Shown here: one piece after another, positions 7,316 through 15,871 of the stretch | Layout of the letters: each line of letters opens with the position of its first letter | How positions within the stretch are numbered: the stretch's first letter is position 1 | NCBI GenBank assembly: GCA_020025775.1 | Contig: JAHHRN010000010.1 | Coordinates: forward strand, 1-25,137 | Length of the DNA: 25,137 bases | Direction: 5' to 3' | Origin: Acutalibacter sp. | GTDB taxonomy: Bacteria > Bacillota > Clostridia > Oscillospirales > Acutalibacteraceae | Notes under the pieces: model-generated | What the model was told of the DNA's origin: nothing | Seen by the model: the letters and a program-made list of their open reading frames with translations, nothing else | The model's database searches: none | Translations under genes and position numbers: made by a program

Positions 7316-8068
7316 ATGTATCAAAAACTCGTTGCCGTATATTTTTCTGCAACAGGCAACACAAAAACGTATATAGAAGACATGGCAAAGGCGACGGGGC
7401 TCGAGACTGTATTTTATGACATTACCGCCGCAGAGGAAGCCCCGGAAATTGTCTGCGGCAAGGATGATCTTTTATTGCTCGGCGCACCCGATTATTCGGG
7501 CAGAATCCCAACTCTTTTGCGCGAACGCTTTGCAAAGCTCCGAGGCGAGGGCACGGATGCCGTTTTGGTCGTGACCTTTGGCAACCGCGCTATAGATGAT
7601 GCACTGGTTGAACTGGAAGACCTCGTCAGCGAAAGAGGCTTTCACGTGGTCGGCGGCGCAGGCTTGGTCGGTCGGCACACCTTCGGTCAAATCGCTGTGG
7701 AAAGACCCACTGCCGCAGATAAAATGCAGGCGGCGGATTTTATAAAAGCTGTTTTAAAAAAAGAAAAAGGCGCATATGCCAAAATGCCCGGCAATCGTCC
7801 CTATAAGGACGGCGGCAAGGGCGGCAAATGGCGACCCGAAACCACCGATGCCTGCGGAGCGTGTGGGCTTTGCGTAAAAAATTGCCCTGCCCACGCTATA
7901 GCAGAGGATTGCAAAACCATAAACGAGGATTTGTGCATTTCCTGCTTTAGATGCATCCGAAACTGCCCCAAAGGTGCGAAGCAAATCACAACAGAAGCCT
8001 ATTTGGATTTCGAGAAAATGCTGGAGCAAAAGCTCGCCAAGCGACAGGAAAATGAATTTTATTTATAA
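7316..8068 (+). CDS. flavodoxin-like domain protein fused to 2x[4Fe-4S] ferredoxin domain (EFR1-type)
   Basis: MYQKLVAVYFSATGNTK flavodoxin-like N-terminus. CGACGLCVKNCP and CISCFRCIRNCP cluster motifs. Start reset to 7316, downstream of the promoter with a GAAGGT RBS. Confidence 0.8.
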   Translation: MYQKLVAVYFSATGNTKTYIEDMAKATGLETVFYDITAAEEAPEIVCGKDDLLLLGAPDYSGRIPTLLRERFAKLRGEGTDAVLVVTFGNRAIDDALVELEDLVSERGFHVVGGAGLVGRHTFGQIAVERPTAADKMQAADFIKAVLKKEKGAYAKMPGNRPYKDGGKGGKWRPETTDACGACGLCVKNCPAHAIAEDCKTINEDLCISCFRCIRNCPKGAKQITTEAYLDFEKMLEQKLAKRQENEFYL

Positions 8069-8126
8069 GGTAAATTTAAAGGTTTATAAAAACGGAGAAA
8101 CTTTTTAAAAGATTGAAATGATAAAA

Positions 8127-8163
8127 AGATAGTAGACACAAAAAGTGGCTACTATCTTTTTTT
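8127..8163 (+). terminator. intrinsic terminator of the flavodoxin/ferredoxin gene
   Basis: AGATAGTAG...CTACTATCT stem followed by a T7 run. Confidence 0.75.
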
Positions 8164-8171
8164 GCCTTTAG

Positions 8172-8204
8172 ATGAAAAAATAAATCCCCGGTTGAACCGG
8201 GGAT
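8172..8204 (-). terminator. intrinsic terminator of the DUF2975 module
   Basis: ATCCCCGG-TTCA-ACCGGGGAT on the minus strand followed by TTATTTTTTCATC. Confidence 0.75.
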
Positions 8205-8207
8205 GAT

Positions 8208-8732
8208 TTAAGTATCTATTTCGTAATAATACAAAATATTTTCCTCAGCATCAAAAATGGCTAAGGTGGAGTTATAGGCATGCCGCTCTAAAAGTTTGCC
8301 GTCATCAAACGAGACTTTGCTTTGACTATCTTTGTCCCGATAATCTTCTATGAATCTATCCATAAAAAAGTAGTAGCCATTTTCGGGAAGCGGCAATTTT
8401 TTGTCTGGATAGATGTTTTCCAAAAGACCACTGCTTCTGGCTACAAATTCTTCCAAATTTTCCGTAAGTGGAAGTGTGTGCCAATGTTCTGCTTTACGGA
8501 TTTTTTGTTCTACTTCTTCGCCTGGATACTGAATTACCAGACAGCGCACGCCGTCGCCCAAAAGCCCACCGTGGCTGTCGAAATCTTCGAGTATTTTGCA
8601 ATCTTTCGGAATCGTAATCTCCATTTCTTTGGGTAACTTTGGCGGTCTTTGCGTATTCAAAAAGAAAATGCCACTTCCCAAAAGCAAAAGAGCAATTCCC
8701 CAAAAAAGCAGCCGTTTTTTCCGTTTGCTCAT
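8208..8732 (-). CDS. membrane-anchored hypothetical protein (174 aa), no family recognised
   Basis: N-terminal KRKKR plus hydrophobic helix LLFWGIALLLLGSGIFFL. AGGAGG 8 nt upstream of the ATG. The RBS abuts the stop codon of the upstream HTH gene. Confidence 0.65.
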   Translation of the reverse strand: MSKRKKRLLFWGIALLLLGSGIFFLNTQRPPKLPKEMEITIPKDCKILEDFDSHGGLLGDGVRCLVIQYPGEEVEQKIRKAEHWHTLPLTENLEEFVARSSGLLENIYPDKKLPLPENGYYFFMDRFIEDYRDKDSQSKVSFDDGKLLERHAYNSTLAIFDAEENILYYYEIDT

Positions 8733-8746
8733 CAGAAAAACCTCCT

Positions 8747-8959
8747 TTAAGGTTTTCTATATTCCAATAAATCACCCGGTTGACAGTCTAGCGCTTCACA
8801 AAGTTTTAAAAGCGTGGAAATTTTTAAAGCTTTTGCTTTGCCGTTCTTTAAAATAGAAATATTAGAAAGGGTAATGCCCACCTTTTCCGAAAGCTCCGTG
8901 ACACTCATTTTGCGCTTGGCAAGCATCACGTCAATGTTAAAAATGATTTCGCCTTCCAT
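8747..8959 (-). CDS. XRE-family helix-turn-helix transcriptional regulator (YozG-like, 70 aa)
   Basis: NIDVMLAKRKMSVTELSEKVGITLSNISILKNGKAKALKISTLLKLCEALDCQPGDLLEY is a typical short Cro/C1 HTH. Start reset to 8959. The AGGAGG RBS overlaps the DUF2975 stop codon. Confidence 0.85.
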   Translation of the reverse strand: MEGEIIFNIDVMLAKRKMSVTELSEKVGITLSNISILKNGKAKALKISTLLKLCEALDCQPGDLLEYRKP

Positions 8960-8967
8960 AGTTCCTC

Positions 8968-9459
8968 CTAAATGGTTAAATCGTTGTCGGCCTGTAAAAC
9001 AGCTGCTTTTTTGCAAAGAAGCGAAAGAAGCGTTGCAACCACCCAAACGGCAGCACCGCCAAGACAAATCAACAGGGAAACCAGCAGAACGGACGGATGA
9101 TTCCAATTTAAAACGAGTAAAAGCAGATTGCCTGCGAGAAAAAATATCGAATCAAACAGGGCACATACGCCGATTTTACGAAATCGTTCGGCATTTTCGA
9201 GGGTAAAGGGTTTGCGTTTTTCGACCGATTTTACAAACTGCCAAAGCAATACTAAAACGGCATAGCACGGCACACCGGAACACCACAGAAAAAGAAGCCA
9301 AGGGTAAAAGGCGTTTTTGAATTCGGGATATTGACTGCGTAGCTCGAGCCCCACATACGGAAATAAGCCGAAATAAATACAGGCGCCGCCGATGCCCATG
9401 CACAGGAGAATGGCTTTTAAACATTTTATCAGAAAAGATTTAGAAATAGGACGTTTCAT
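8968..9459 (-). CDS. DUF2975-family multi-pass membrane protein
   Basis: Four hydrophobic segments, FTLENAERFRKIG motif and C-terminal ...DNDLTI, and the usual pairing with a YozG-like HTH. Start reset from TTG (9474) to the ATG at 9459 (GGAGGT, 7-nt spacer). Confidence 0.7.
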   Translation of the reverse strand: MKRPISKSFLIKCLKAILLCMGIGGACIYFGLFPYVGLELRSQYPEFKNAFYPWLLFLWCSGVPCYAVLVLLWQFVKSVEKRKPFTLENAERFRKIGVCALFDSIFFLAGNLLLLVLNWNHPSVLLVSLLICLGGAAVWVVATLLSLLCKKAAVLQADNDLTI

Positions 9460-9491
9460 CGTGCATACCTCCAAAAGAATTTTGTACCCTT

Positions 9492-9519
9492 AGTATAACA
9501 CGAAAAGTAGAAAAGTCAA
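9492..9519 (-). promoter_or_regulatory. sigma-A promoter TTGACT-16-TATACT (TG-extended) for the DUF2975 module
   Basis: Minus-strand TTGACT (9514-9519), 16-nt spacer ending in TGT, TATACT (9492-9497). The inverted repeat TTTATTG-N5-CAATAAA just upstream (about 9535-9553) is a possible operator. Confidence 0.55.
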
Positions 9520-9581
9520 TAAAAATTTATTGCAACACAATAAATAAAATTTGTGATGCGCAAAGTACAGTGCTTTTGCGC

Positions 9582-9619
9582 AAAAAAATAAAACCGCCCT
9601 TTCGTTTTGGAAAGGACGG
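9582..9619 (-). terminator. intrinsic terminator after the M23 peptidase gene
   Basis: CCGTCCTTTC / GAAAGGGCGG 10-bp stem (one G-U) followed by TTTTATTTTTTTG on the minus strand. A second hairpin, GCGCAAAAG...CTTTGCGC, follows. Confidence 0.7.
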
Positions 9620-9628
9620 CTTTTCTGT

Positions 9629-10351
9629 TTATTTTCCCATGGCCTTCATGGGGTCAACGAGCTTGCCATTTTCATAGATTTCTAAGTGCAGATGGGCACC
9701 TTCTGCTTTCTCAATCGGGATTTCGCCGAGGTTGCCGACCTTGTCGTTGATTTTTACCTTATCGCCGACAGAAACGGTACTGCCCTTGCCGAAGCCACAG
9801 TATTTGGCGAGCATACCTTTGCCGTGGTCGATTTCGACCACCGTGCCCCAAAGCACATCGTCATAAACGGCTTTAACAATACCGTTGTTAATAGCTTTTA
9901 CCGGGTCACCGACACTGCCCTTAAAGTCCACACCATTGTGGGTGCGCCAGTCGCCCATGGTTTTTGAGGGTACCATTTCGCCGGCAGAATAGGCTTTGTC
10001 TGTGCCGCCCTCCATGGGCAGAGAAAAGTTCGCTTCACGCTTCACGCTGTTTTTACTGGCAAGCACGTCTTCGGAATCCATGCTTTCCGGCTCTTTTTCT
10101 TCCGGCTTCTGCGTGGGCTTCGGTTCAGTGGGCTTGGGCTTTGCACTTTGCCCCTCCGGCAGAACAAAGAGCGGCTTCGATTCCGTTTCGCTGATCGACG
10201 GTTTCTGCGGCGCTTCATCGACCTGTTTTGTCAATTTCTTCGCAACAGACAAATAAACGGACGATCCCACCGCCACGAGGCAAAGAGCCACAATGGAATA
10301 GATGAGAAACGCCCGTTTCATTTTTTGCTTTTTATCGTTTTGTGTGTTCAT
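9629..10351 (-). CDS. M23/LytM-family metallopeptidase with N-terminal membrane anchor and PEK-rich linker (SpoIIQ-like architecture)
   Basis: THNGVDF (H..GVD) and HLHLE (H.H) M23 zinc motifs. TM helix AFLIYSIVALCLVAVGSSVYL. Start reset from GTG (10360, abuts the RBS) to the ATG at 10351 (GGAGG, 8-nt spacer). Confidence 0.85.
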   Translation of the reverse strand: MNTQNDKKQKMKRAFLIYSIVALCLVAVGSSVYLSVAKKLTKQVDEAPQKPSISETESKPLFVLPEGQSAKPKPTEPKPTQKPEEKEPESMDSEDVLASKNSVKREANFSLPMEGGTDKAYSAGEMVPSKTMGDWRTHNGVDFKGSVGDPVKAINNGIVKAVYDDVLWGTVVEIDHGKGMLAKYCGFGKGSTVSVGDKVKINDKVGNLGEIPIEKAEGAHLHLEIYENGKLVDPMKAMGK

Positions 10352-10370
10352 CGAAAACACCTCCCAAGGA

Positions 10371-10400
10371 AAGTGTTCCCGAAAATGTAAAATGCTATAC
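10371..10400 (-). promoter_or_regulatory. sigma-F-like forespore promoter GTATA-15-GGGAACACTT
   Basis: On the minus strand, GTATA (10396-10400), 15-nt spacer, GGGAACACTT (10371-10380). This resembles the Bacillus sigma-F consensus (GYATA -35, GGnnAnAHTR -10) as I recall it. Confidence 0.35.
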
Positions 10401-10411
10401 AGAAATTTATT

Positions 10412-11893
10412 TTATTTGTGATAAAGGGTTTTGCTCTTGCGCACCGGGGAGCAGGTGACGTTGACGCCGAGCTTTGCAAAGGTGTGTAAATCCACGTCGG
10501 AAAGAATAACGGTGGAGTGCGCCTCACAGCCCTCTAATTTCGAAATTGCTTGCATCGCAAGTTCAGCCTCTTCACTCGTTACTGCGGAAATGGAAAGCGC
10601 CAAAAGCACTTCATCCGTATGCAGTCTCGGGTTGTGATTGCCCAAATGGTTGACCTTTAAATCCTGAATCGGTTCAATAACCGTGGGGGAGACAAGGTCA
10701 ATTTTTTTGTCGATATTCGCAAGTGCTTTTAAAGCGTTCAAAAGCAGAGCAGAGGAAGCACCCAAAAGCTTTGAGGTTTTGCCGACGATAATTCTACCGT
10801 CGGGCAGTTCCATCGCTGCGGCAGGTTGTTCGGTCGCTTCTGCGATTTCCTGCGCCGCACGCACGCATCTGCGGTAATCGGGGGTAATGGAAAGCTGCTT
10901 CATGAGAAGATCCAAGGAAAGAATCTGCGAAGCAACATCCTCGCCGTTCTTTGCGGCAACAAGGGCCTTGAAATAGCGGCGAACGATTTCCTGCTTCGAG
11001 GCTTCGCAAACGACTTCGTCATCCACAATGCAGTTGCCGACCATGTTTACGCCCATGTCTGTGGGGGATTTATAGGGAGATTCCCCGAAAATGCTTTCGA
11101 AAATTGTGTTCAAAACGGGGAAGATTTCAATATCTCTGTTATAGTTTACAGTGGTTTCGCCGTAAGCTTCGAGGTGGAAGGGGTCAATCATGTTGACATC
11201 GTTCAAATCGGTGGTTGCCGCCTCATAGGCAAGGTTTACCGGGTGGCGAAGCGGGAGATTCCAAATCGGGAAGGTTTCAAACTTCGCATAGCCGGATTGT
11301 TTGCCCATAACGTGCTCATGATAGAGCTGAGAAAGGCAAACTGCCATTTTGCCGCTGCCCGGACCCGGGGCTGTAACTACGACCAAGGAACGGGAGGTTT
11401 CGATATAATCATTCTTGCCAAAGCCGTCTTCGCTGACGATGAGCGGAATATTGGCAGGGTAGCCCTCGATTAAATAATGACGGTATACTTTAACGCCGAG
11501 TTTCTTTAATTTCTCTTCAAATACAATCGCAGAAGCCTGGGAGTCATATTGGGTGAGCACAACGCCGCAAACCGAAAGACCAAAAGATGTGTAGGTGTCG
11601 ATAAGGCGTAAAATATCTTGGTCATAGGTAATGCCAATGTCGCCTCTGACCTTATTCTTTTCAATATCGTTCGCACTGATGCAAATGATGATTTCGGCTT
11701 GGTCTTTAAGCTCCAACAGCATCTTCATCTTACTGTCGGGTAAAAAGCCCGGCAATACACGGGAAGCATGGTAGTCATCAAACACCTTGCCGCCGAATTC
11801 CAAATAGAGCTTGCCGCCGAAAGCTTCAATCCTTTCTTTAATGTGCGCTGATTGCATTTTTAGATATTTGTCATTATCAAATCCGATTTTCAC
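10412..11893 (-). CDS. DUF1846 / UPF0371 family protein (493 aa), function unknown
   Basis: KLYLEFGGK..DD.HA.RVLPG, VVTAPGPGSGK, GYAKFETFPIWNLPL.HPVNLAYEAATTDLNDVNMIDPFHLEAYGETTVNYNRDIEIFPVL are the conserved UPF0371 blocks. GTG start with GGGAGAA 7 nt upstream. Confidence 0.85.
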   Translation of the reverse strand: MKIGFDNDKYLKMQSAHIKERIEAFGGKLYLEFGGKVFDDYHASRVLPGFLPDSKMKMLLELKDQAEIIICISANDIEKNKVRGDIGITYDQDILRLIDTYTSFGLSVCGVVLTQYDSQASAIVFEEKLKKLGVKVYRHYLIEGYPANIPLIVSEDGFGKNDYIETSRSLVVVTAPGPGSGKMAVCLSQLYHEHVMGKQSGYAKFETFPIWNLPLRHPVNLAYEAATTDLNDVNMIDPFHLEAYGETTVNYNRDIEIFPVLNTIFESIFGESPYKSPTDMGVNMVGNCIVDDEVVCEASKQEIVRRYFKALVAAKNGEDVASQILSLDLLMKQLSITPDYRRCVRAAQEIAEATEQPAAAMELPDGRIIVGKTSKLLGASSALLLNALKALANIDKKIDLVSPTVIEPIQDLKVNHLGNHNPRLHTDEVLLALSISAVTSEEAELAMQAISKLEGCEAHSTVILSDVDLHTFAKLGVNVTCSPVRKSKTLYHK

Positions 11894-11988
11894 TTGCCTA
11901 TTCTCCCACTACACAGAAATTTTGTCAAAAAAACATAAAAAAATACACATCGTCGTGCGACACCGCAGTCCGAAGTGTGACACGATAT

Positions 11989-12017
11989 ATTATACTGAAA
12001 CAGAATTTAAAAATCAA
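11989..12017 (-). promoter_or_regulatory. sigma-A promoter TTGATT-17-TATAAT for the DUF1846 gene
   Basis: Minus-strand TTGATT (12012-12017), 17-nt spacer, TATAAT (11989-11994). Confidence 0.6.
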
Positions 12018-12074
12018 GGGCGCGGCGAGACTTTTTGAAAAAAACTTGAAATTCTGTCGAATTACTCGGAAACT

Positions 12075-12127
12075 ATAAAAAAGGGTGGCACCTTTTTGTC
12101 AAGATAGTTGACAAAAGAGTGCCACCC
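12075..12127 (-). terminator. intrinsic terminator ending the pur operon
   Basis: Long composite hairpin GGGTGGCAC...GTGCCACCC with inner stem CTTTTGTCAA/TTGACAAAAG, followed by T6 on the minus strand, 22 nt after the purL stop. Confidence 0.85.
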
Positions 12128-12149
12128 AAAAAACGGGGACGAAATGAAA

Positions 12150-15100
12150 TTAGATCTTGAAGTAGTCTACAGCATTTCTGAACATGCCGTTGTCCTTCTG
12201 ACCTTCAACGTTTTTGTAAACGCCCTCGGAAATACGTTCCGAGTGACCCATTTTACCGAAGACTCTGCCGTCGGGAGAGGTGATACCCTCAACCGCCAAA
12301 ACGGAGCCGTTCGGGTTAAAGGCAATATCCATGGTGGGATTGCCCTCTAAATCGACATACTGTGTCGCGATTTGACCGTTTTCGATGAGCTTCTGAAGAA
12401 GAGCATCGGGGCAGATGAATCTGCCTTCGCCGTGGGAGATTGCCACGGTGTGGATATCACCAACCGCGCTGGCGGAAAGCCACGGGGACTTGTTGGAAGC
12501 AACTCTTGTTCTTACAAGACGGGACTGATGTCTCGAAATGGTGTTGAACGTAAGGGTCGGTGCATCGGCGCTGGGCTCGGTGATTTCACCGAACGGAACA
12601 AGACCGAGCTTAATAAGAGCCTGGAAGCCGTTGCAGATACCTGCCATAAGACCGTCACGGTGCTTTAAGAGCTCGTGGATTTCATCGCGAATTGCAGGGT
12701 TACGAAGGAAAGCGGTAATGAATTTACCACTGCCGTCGGGTTCGTCACCGCCGGAGAAACCGCCCGGAAGTACAATCATCTGTGCCTTTTTCACTTCTTC
12801 GGTGAATGCGGCAACGCTTTCGGTAATGTCTGCGGAGGAAAGGTTGCGAACCACGAAGATGCTCGGTTCTGCACCGGCACGCTCTAAGGCTCTTGCGGTA
12901 TCGTATTCGCAGTTTGTGCCCGGGAATACCGGAATCAAAACGCGCGGCTTTGCAGTACCGATTTTCGGTGCAACGCGGGATTCTGCGTTAAAGGAGATGG
13001 GTTCTACCTTTTCTGCCTTTGCATCTACGTTAACCGGGAATACGGGCTCTAATTTTGCTTCGTAAATATCCAAAATCTCACGAAGATGAATGGTTTCAAT
13101 ACCAACGGTGAGGGAGAAGTTGAAGGTGGTTTCACCGAGAAGGGTGAGTTCTGCATCTTCTGCTTCTTCGCTCATTTCTAATACGAATGCGCCGTAGTTG
13201 TAAGCGTAAAGTGCATCCTGCGGGAAGCTTTCATCGACGTGGAAGCCTAAGTGGTTACCGAAGGAAGCCTTCATAAGACCCTCGGCAATGCCGCCGTAGG
13301 TGGGAGTGAAGGCGGAAAGTACCTTGCCGCTGTGAATGAGAGAAGATACCTTCTCGAATACGTGTAACAGGCTCTCTACGTTGATTGTGCCGTCTGCATT
13401 CTTCTGCGGTGCAATAAAGTAAACCTTAGAAGACGGAAGTTTAAATTCCGGAGAAATGACGTTTTGCATCTTGGTTACGGAAACCGCGAAGGAAACGAGG
13501 GTGGGCGGAACGTCGATGTTTTCGAAAGTACCGCTCATGGAGTCCTTACCGCCGATAGAGCCAAGACCTAAGTCAAGCTGTGCGGAAAGTGCACCTAAAA
13601 GGGCAGCGGTGGGCTGACCCCAACGTGCCGGGTCTTCAGTGGTACGTGCAAAATATTCCTGGAAGGTTAAATAGCAGGTAGAAAGGTCTGCACCGGAAGC
13701 AACAAGCTTTGCAACGGATTCTACAACCGCGAGATAAGCGCCGAGGTAGGGGTTCTTTTCCGTGATGAACGGGTTATAGCCCCAAGCCATTAAGGAGCAG
13801 GTGTTGGTTTCGCCGTGGAGTACCGGAATCTTAGCTGCCATAGCCTGTGCGGGGGTGAGCTGATATTTGCCGCCGAACGGCATTAAAACGGTGTTTGCAC
13901 CGATGGTGGAGTCGAAACGCTCGGAAAGACCACGCTTGGAGCAGATGTTTAAATCATCGGCAAGTGCCTTGAATTTCTCTTCGTTTGTCTTACCCTCTAC
14001 AGTTTTCTCGAAAGGCTCAGCCGCAGAAACATAAACGCGGGTGTGCTTTTCTGCACCGTTGGAGTTTAAGAATTCACGGGAAATATCAACAATGGTGTTG
14101 CCGTTCCAAGACATAACGAGTCTCGGGCTTTCGGTTACGGTAGCAACGATAGTCGCTTCGAGGTTTTCTTTCTTTGCAAGAGCGATGAAGTCTTCTGCAT
14201 CCTCGGGAGCTAAAACAACAGCCATTCTTTCCTGAGATTCAGAAATGGCAAGCTCTGTGCCGTCGAGACCTTCATATTTCTTCGGAACCTTGTTGAGGTC
14301 GATTTTCAGACCGTCCGCAAGCTCACCAATAGCAACGGAAACGCCGCCTGCACCGAAGTCATTGCAGCGCTTAATGCGACGGGTTACTTCGGGATTTCTA
14401 AAGAGTCTCTGGAGCTTTCTTTCTTCGGGGGCATTACCCTTCTGAACTTCTGCACCGCATTCCTCTAAGGAGTCGAGTTTATGAGATTTGGAAGAACCGG
14501 TTGCACCGCCGCAGCCGTCTCTGCCGGTTTTACCGCCGAGCAAAACAACAATATCGCCGGGGAGGGGTTCTTCACGTCTGACTTGATTTTCGGGAACAGC
14601 TGCAACAACAGCGCCGATTTCCATGCGCTTTGCCTTGTAGCCGTCGTGGTAGATTTCATCTACCTGACCGGTAGCCAAACCAATTTGGTTACCGTAGGAG
14701 GAGTAACCAGCTGCTGCGGTGGTGACGAGCTTTCTCTGGGGAAGCTTGCCTTCCATGGTTTCGGAAACGGGAACTAAGGGGTCGCCCGCACCGGTTACGC
14801 GCATCGCCTGGTAAACATAGCCACGACCTGAAAGCGGATCGCGAATCGCACCGCCGATGCAGGTTGCTGCACCGCCGAAGGGTTCAATTTCGGTCGGGTG
14901 GTTGTGGGTTTCGTTCTTAAAGAGGAAGAGCCAGTCTTCATCCTTGCCGTCTACGTCTACCTTGATTTTTACTGTGCAGGCATTGATTTCTTCGGATTCA
15001 TCCAAATTCTTGAGCTGACCGGTATGCTTTAAATAACGTGCACCGATCGTTGCAAGATCCATGAGGTTCTGCGGCTTTGTGCGGTTTAATTCCTTGCGAA

Positions 15101-15851
15101 GACCAACATAACGCTCATAAGCCTTTTTGGTGAGCTCGTCTTCAATCTCTACACCGTCAATGGTGGTGAGGAAGGTGGTGTGACGGCAGTGGTCAGACCA
15201 GTAGGTGTCGATCATGCGGATTTCGGTAATGGTGGGGTTGCGCTTTTCGGATTTAAAATAATCCTGGCAGAACGCGATATCTGCCTCATCCATTGCCAAA
15301 CCATATTTGTCTACAAAATCGTAAAGACCTTTTTCGTCTAAATCAATGAAGCCGTCTAAGGTTTCAACGGTTTCGGGTGCATCGTAGGGGATTTCTAAGG
15401 TCTCAAAACGCTCGAGGGAAGCTTCGCGGCTCTCCACGGGGTTGATGACGTATTTCTTAATCTTTTCAAGCTCTTCTGCGCTTACCTTGCCGAAAAGCAT
15501 ATAGATTTTGGCAGAGCGAACGAGCGGTCTCTCTTTTTGAGAAACAAACTGGATGCACTGTGCGCAGGAGTCTGCACGCTGGTCGAACTGACCGGGCAGG
15601 AATTCTACACCGAAGAGGGTAGCGTCAGCCTGCGGAAGCTCGGCATAGGTGTTGTCGCACTGCGGCTCGGAAAATACGGTGCTGGCGCAGGATTTAAAGA
15701 GTGCCTCGTCGATATTTTCCACGTCATAACGGTTGAACAGGCGCAAATCTGTAACAGAATCAATGCGCAGTAAGTGTTTAATATCATGTAACAGCGCCTT
15801 TGCTTCGTCGGCAAACTGTTTTTTCTTTTCTACATAAATACGGTAAACCAT
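12150..15851 (-). CDS. purL: phosphoribosylformylglycinamidine (FGAM) synthase, large single-chain type
   Basis: 1233 aa. PurS-like N-terminus, two AIR-synthase-like repeats (HNHPTEIEPFGGAATCIGG) and a C-terminal glutaminase (GICNGFQAL, HGEGRF). Confidence 0.95.
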   Translation of the reverse strand: MVYRIYVEKKKQFADEAKALLHDIKHLLRIDSVTDLRLFNRYDVENIDEALFKSCASTVFSEPQCDNTYAELPQADATLFGVEFLPGQFDQRADSCAQCIQFVSQKERPLVRSAKIYMLFGKVSAEELEKIKKYVINPVESREASLERFETLEIPYDAPETVETLDGFIDLDEKGLYDFVDKYGLAMDEADIAFCQDYFKSEKRNPTITEIRMIDTYWSDHCRHTTFLTTIDGVEIEDELTKKAYERYVGLRKELNRTKPQNLMDLATIGARYLKHTGQLKNLDESEEINACTVKIKVDVDGKDEDWLFLFKNETHNHPTEIEPFGGAATCIGGAIRDPLSGRGYVYQAMRVTGAGDPLVPVSETMEGKLPQRKLVTTAAAGYSSYGNQIGLATGQVDEIYHDGYKAKRMEIGAVVAAVPENQVRREEPLPGDIVVLLGGKTGRDGCGGATGSSKSHKLDSLEECGAEVQKGNAPEERKLQRLFRNPEVTRRIKRCNDFGAGGVSVAIGELADGLKIDLNKVPKKYEGLDGTELAISESQERMAVVLAPEDAEDFIALAKKENLEATIVATVTESPRLVMSWNGNTIVDISREFLNSNGAEKHTRVYVSAAEPFEKTVEGKTNEEKFKALADDLNICSKRGLSERFDSTIGANTVLMPFGGKYQLTPAQAMAAKIPVLHGETNTCSLMAWGYNPFITEKNPYLGAYLAVVESVAKLVASGADLSTCYLTFQEYFARTTEDPARWGQPTAALLGALSAQLDLGLGSIGGKDSMSGTFENIDVPPTLVSFAVSVTKMQNVISPEFKLPSSKVYFIAPQKNADGTINVESLLHVFEKVSSLIHSGKVLSAFTPTYGGIAEGLMKASFGNHLGFHVDESFPQDALYAYNYGAFVLEMSEEAEDAELTLLGETTFNFSLTVGIETIHLREILDIYEAKLEPVFPVNVDAKAEKVEPISFNAESRVAPKIGTAKPRVLIPVFPGTNCEYDTARALERAGAEPSIFVVRNLSSADITESVAAFTEEVKKAQMIVLPGGFSGGDEPDGSGKFITAFLRNPAIRDEIHELLKHRDGLMAGICNGFQALIKLGLVPFGEITEPSADAPTLTFNTISRHQSRLVRTRVASNKSPWLSASAVGDIHTVAISHGEGRFICPDALLQKLIENGQIATQYVDLEGNPTMDIAFNPNGSVLAVEGITSPDGRVFGKMGHSERISEGVYKNVEGQKDNGMFRNAVDYFKI

Positions 15852-15871
15852 GCTGTTCTCCTTTTCTTTTA

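Noticed and set aside
8960-9106. 49-codon extension of the HTH ORF (track 8747..9106), plus the TTG/GTG extensions at 9474, 10360 and 17230
   Set aside because: The extensions overlap the upstream gene or abut the Shine-Dalgarno sequence with no spacer. In each case an internal start codon has 7-8 nt spacing from a strong RBS.
11949-11986. Imperfect hairpin followed by U7 in the DUF1846 leader, a possible attenuator
   Set aside because: Its 5' arm starts immediately after the -10 box, so the predicted start site probably truncates it. The stem has several bulges. I do not consider it supportable as a terminator.
12108-15814. Many 60-215 aa ORFs antisense to or out of frame with purL. The same pattern occurs in purD, purH, purM, purF, purC, purE, the DUF1846 gene and the lipase gene.
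   Set aside because: These are shadow ORFs inside confidently identified genes. They have no RBS, and their products are low-complexity or Arg/Cys-rich.
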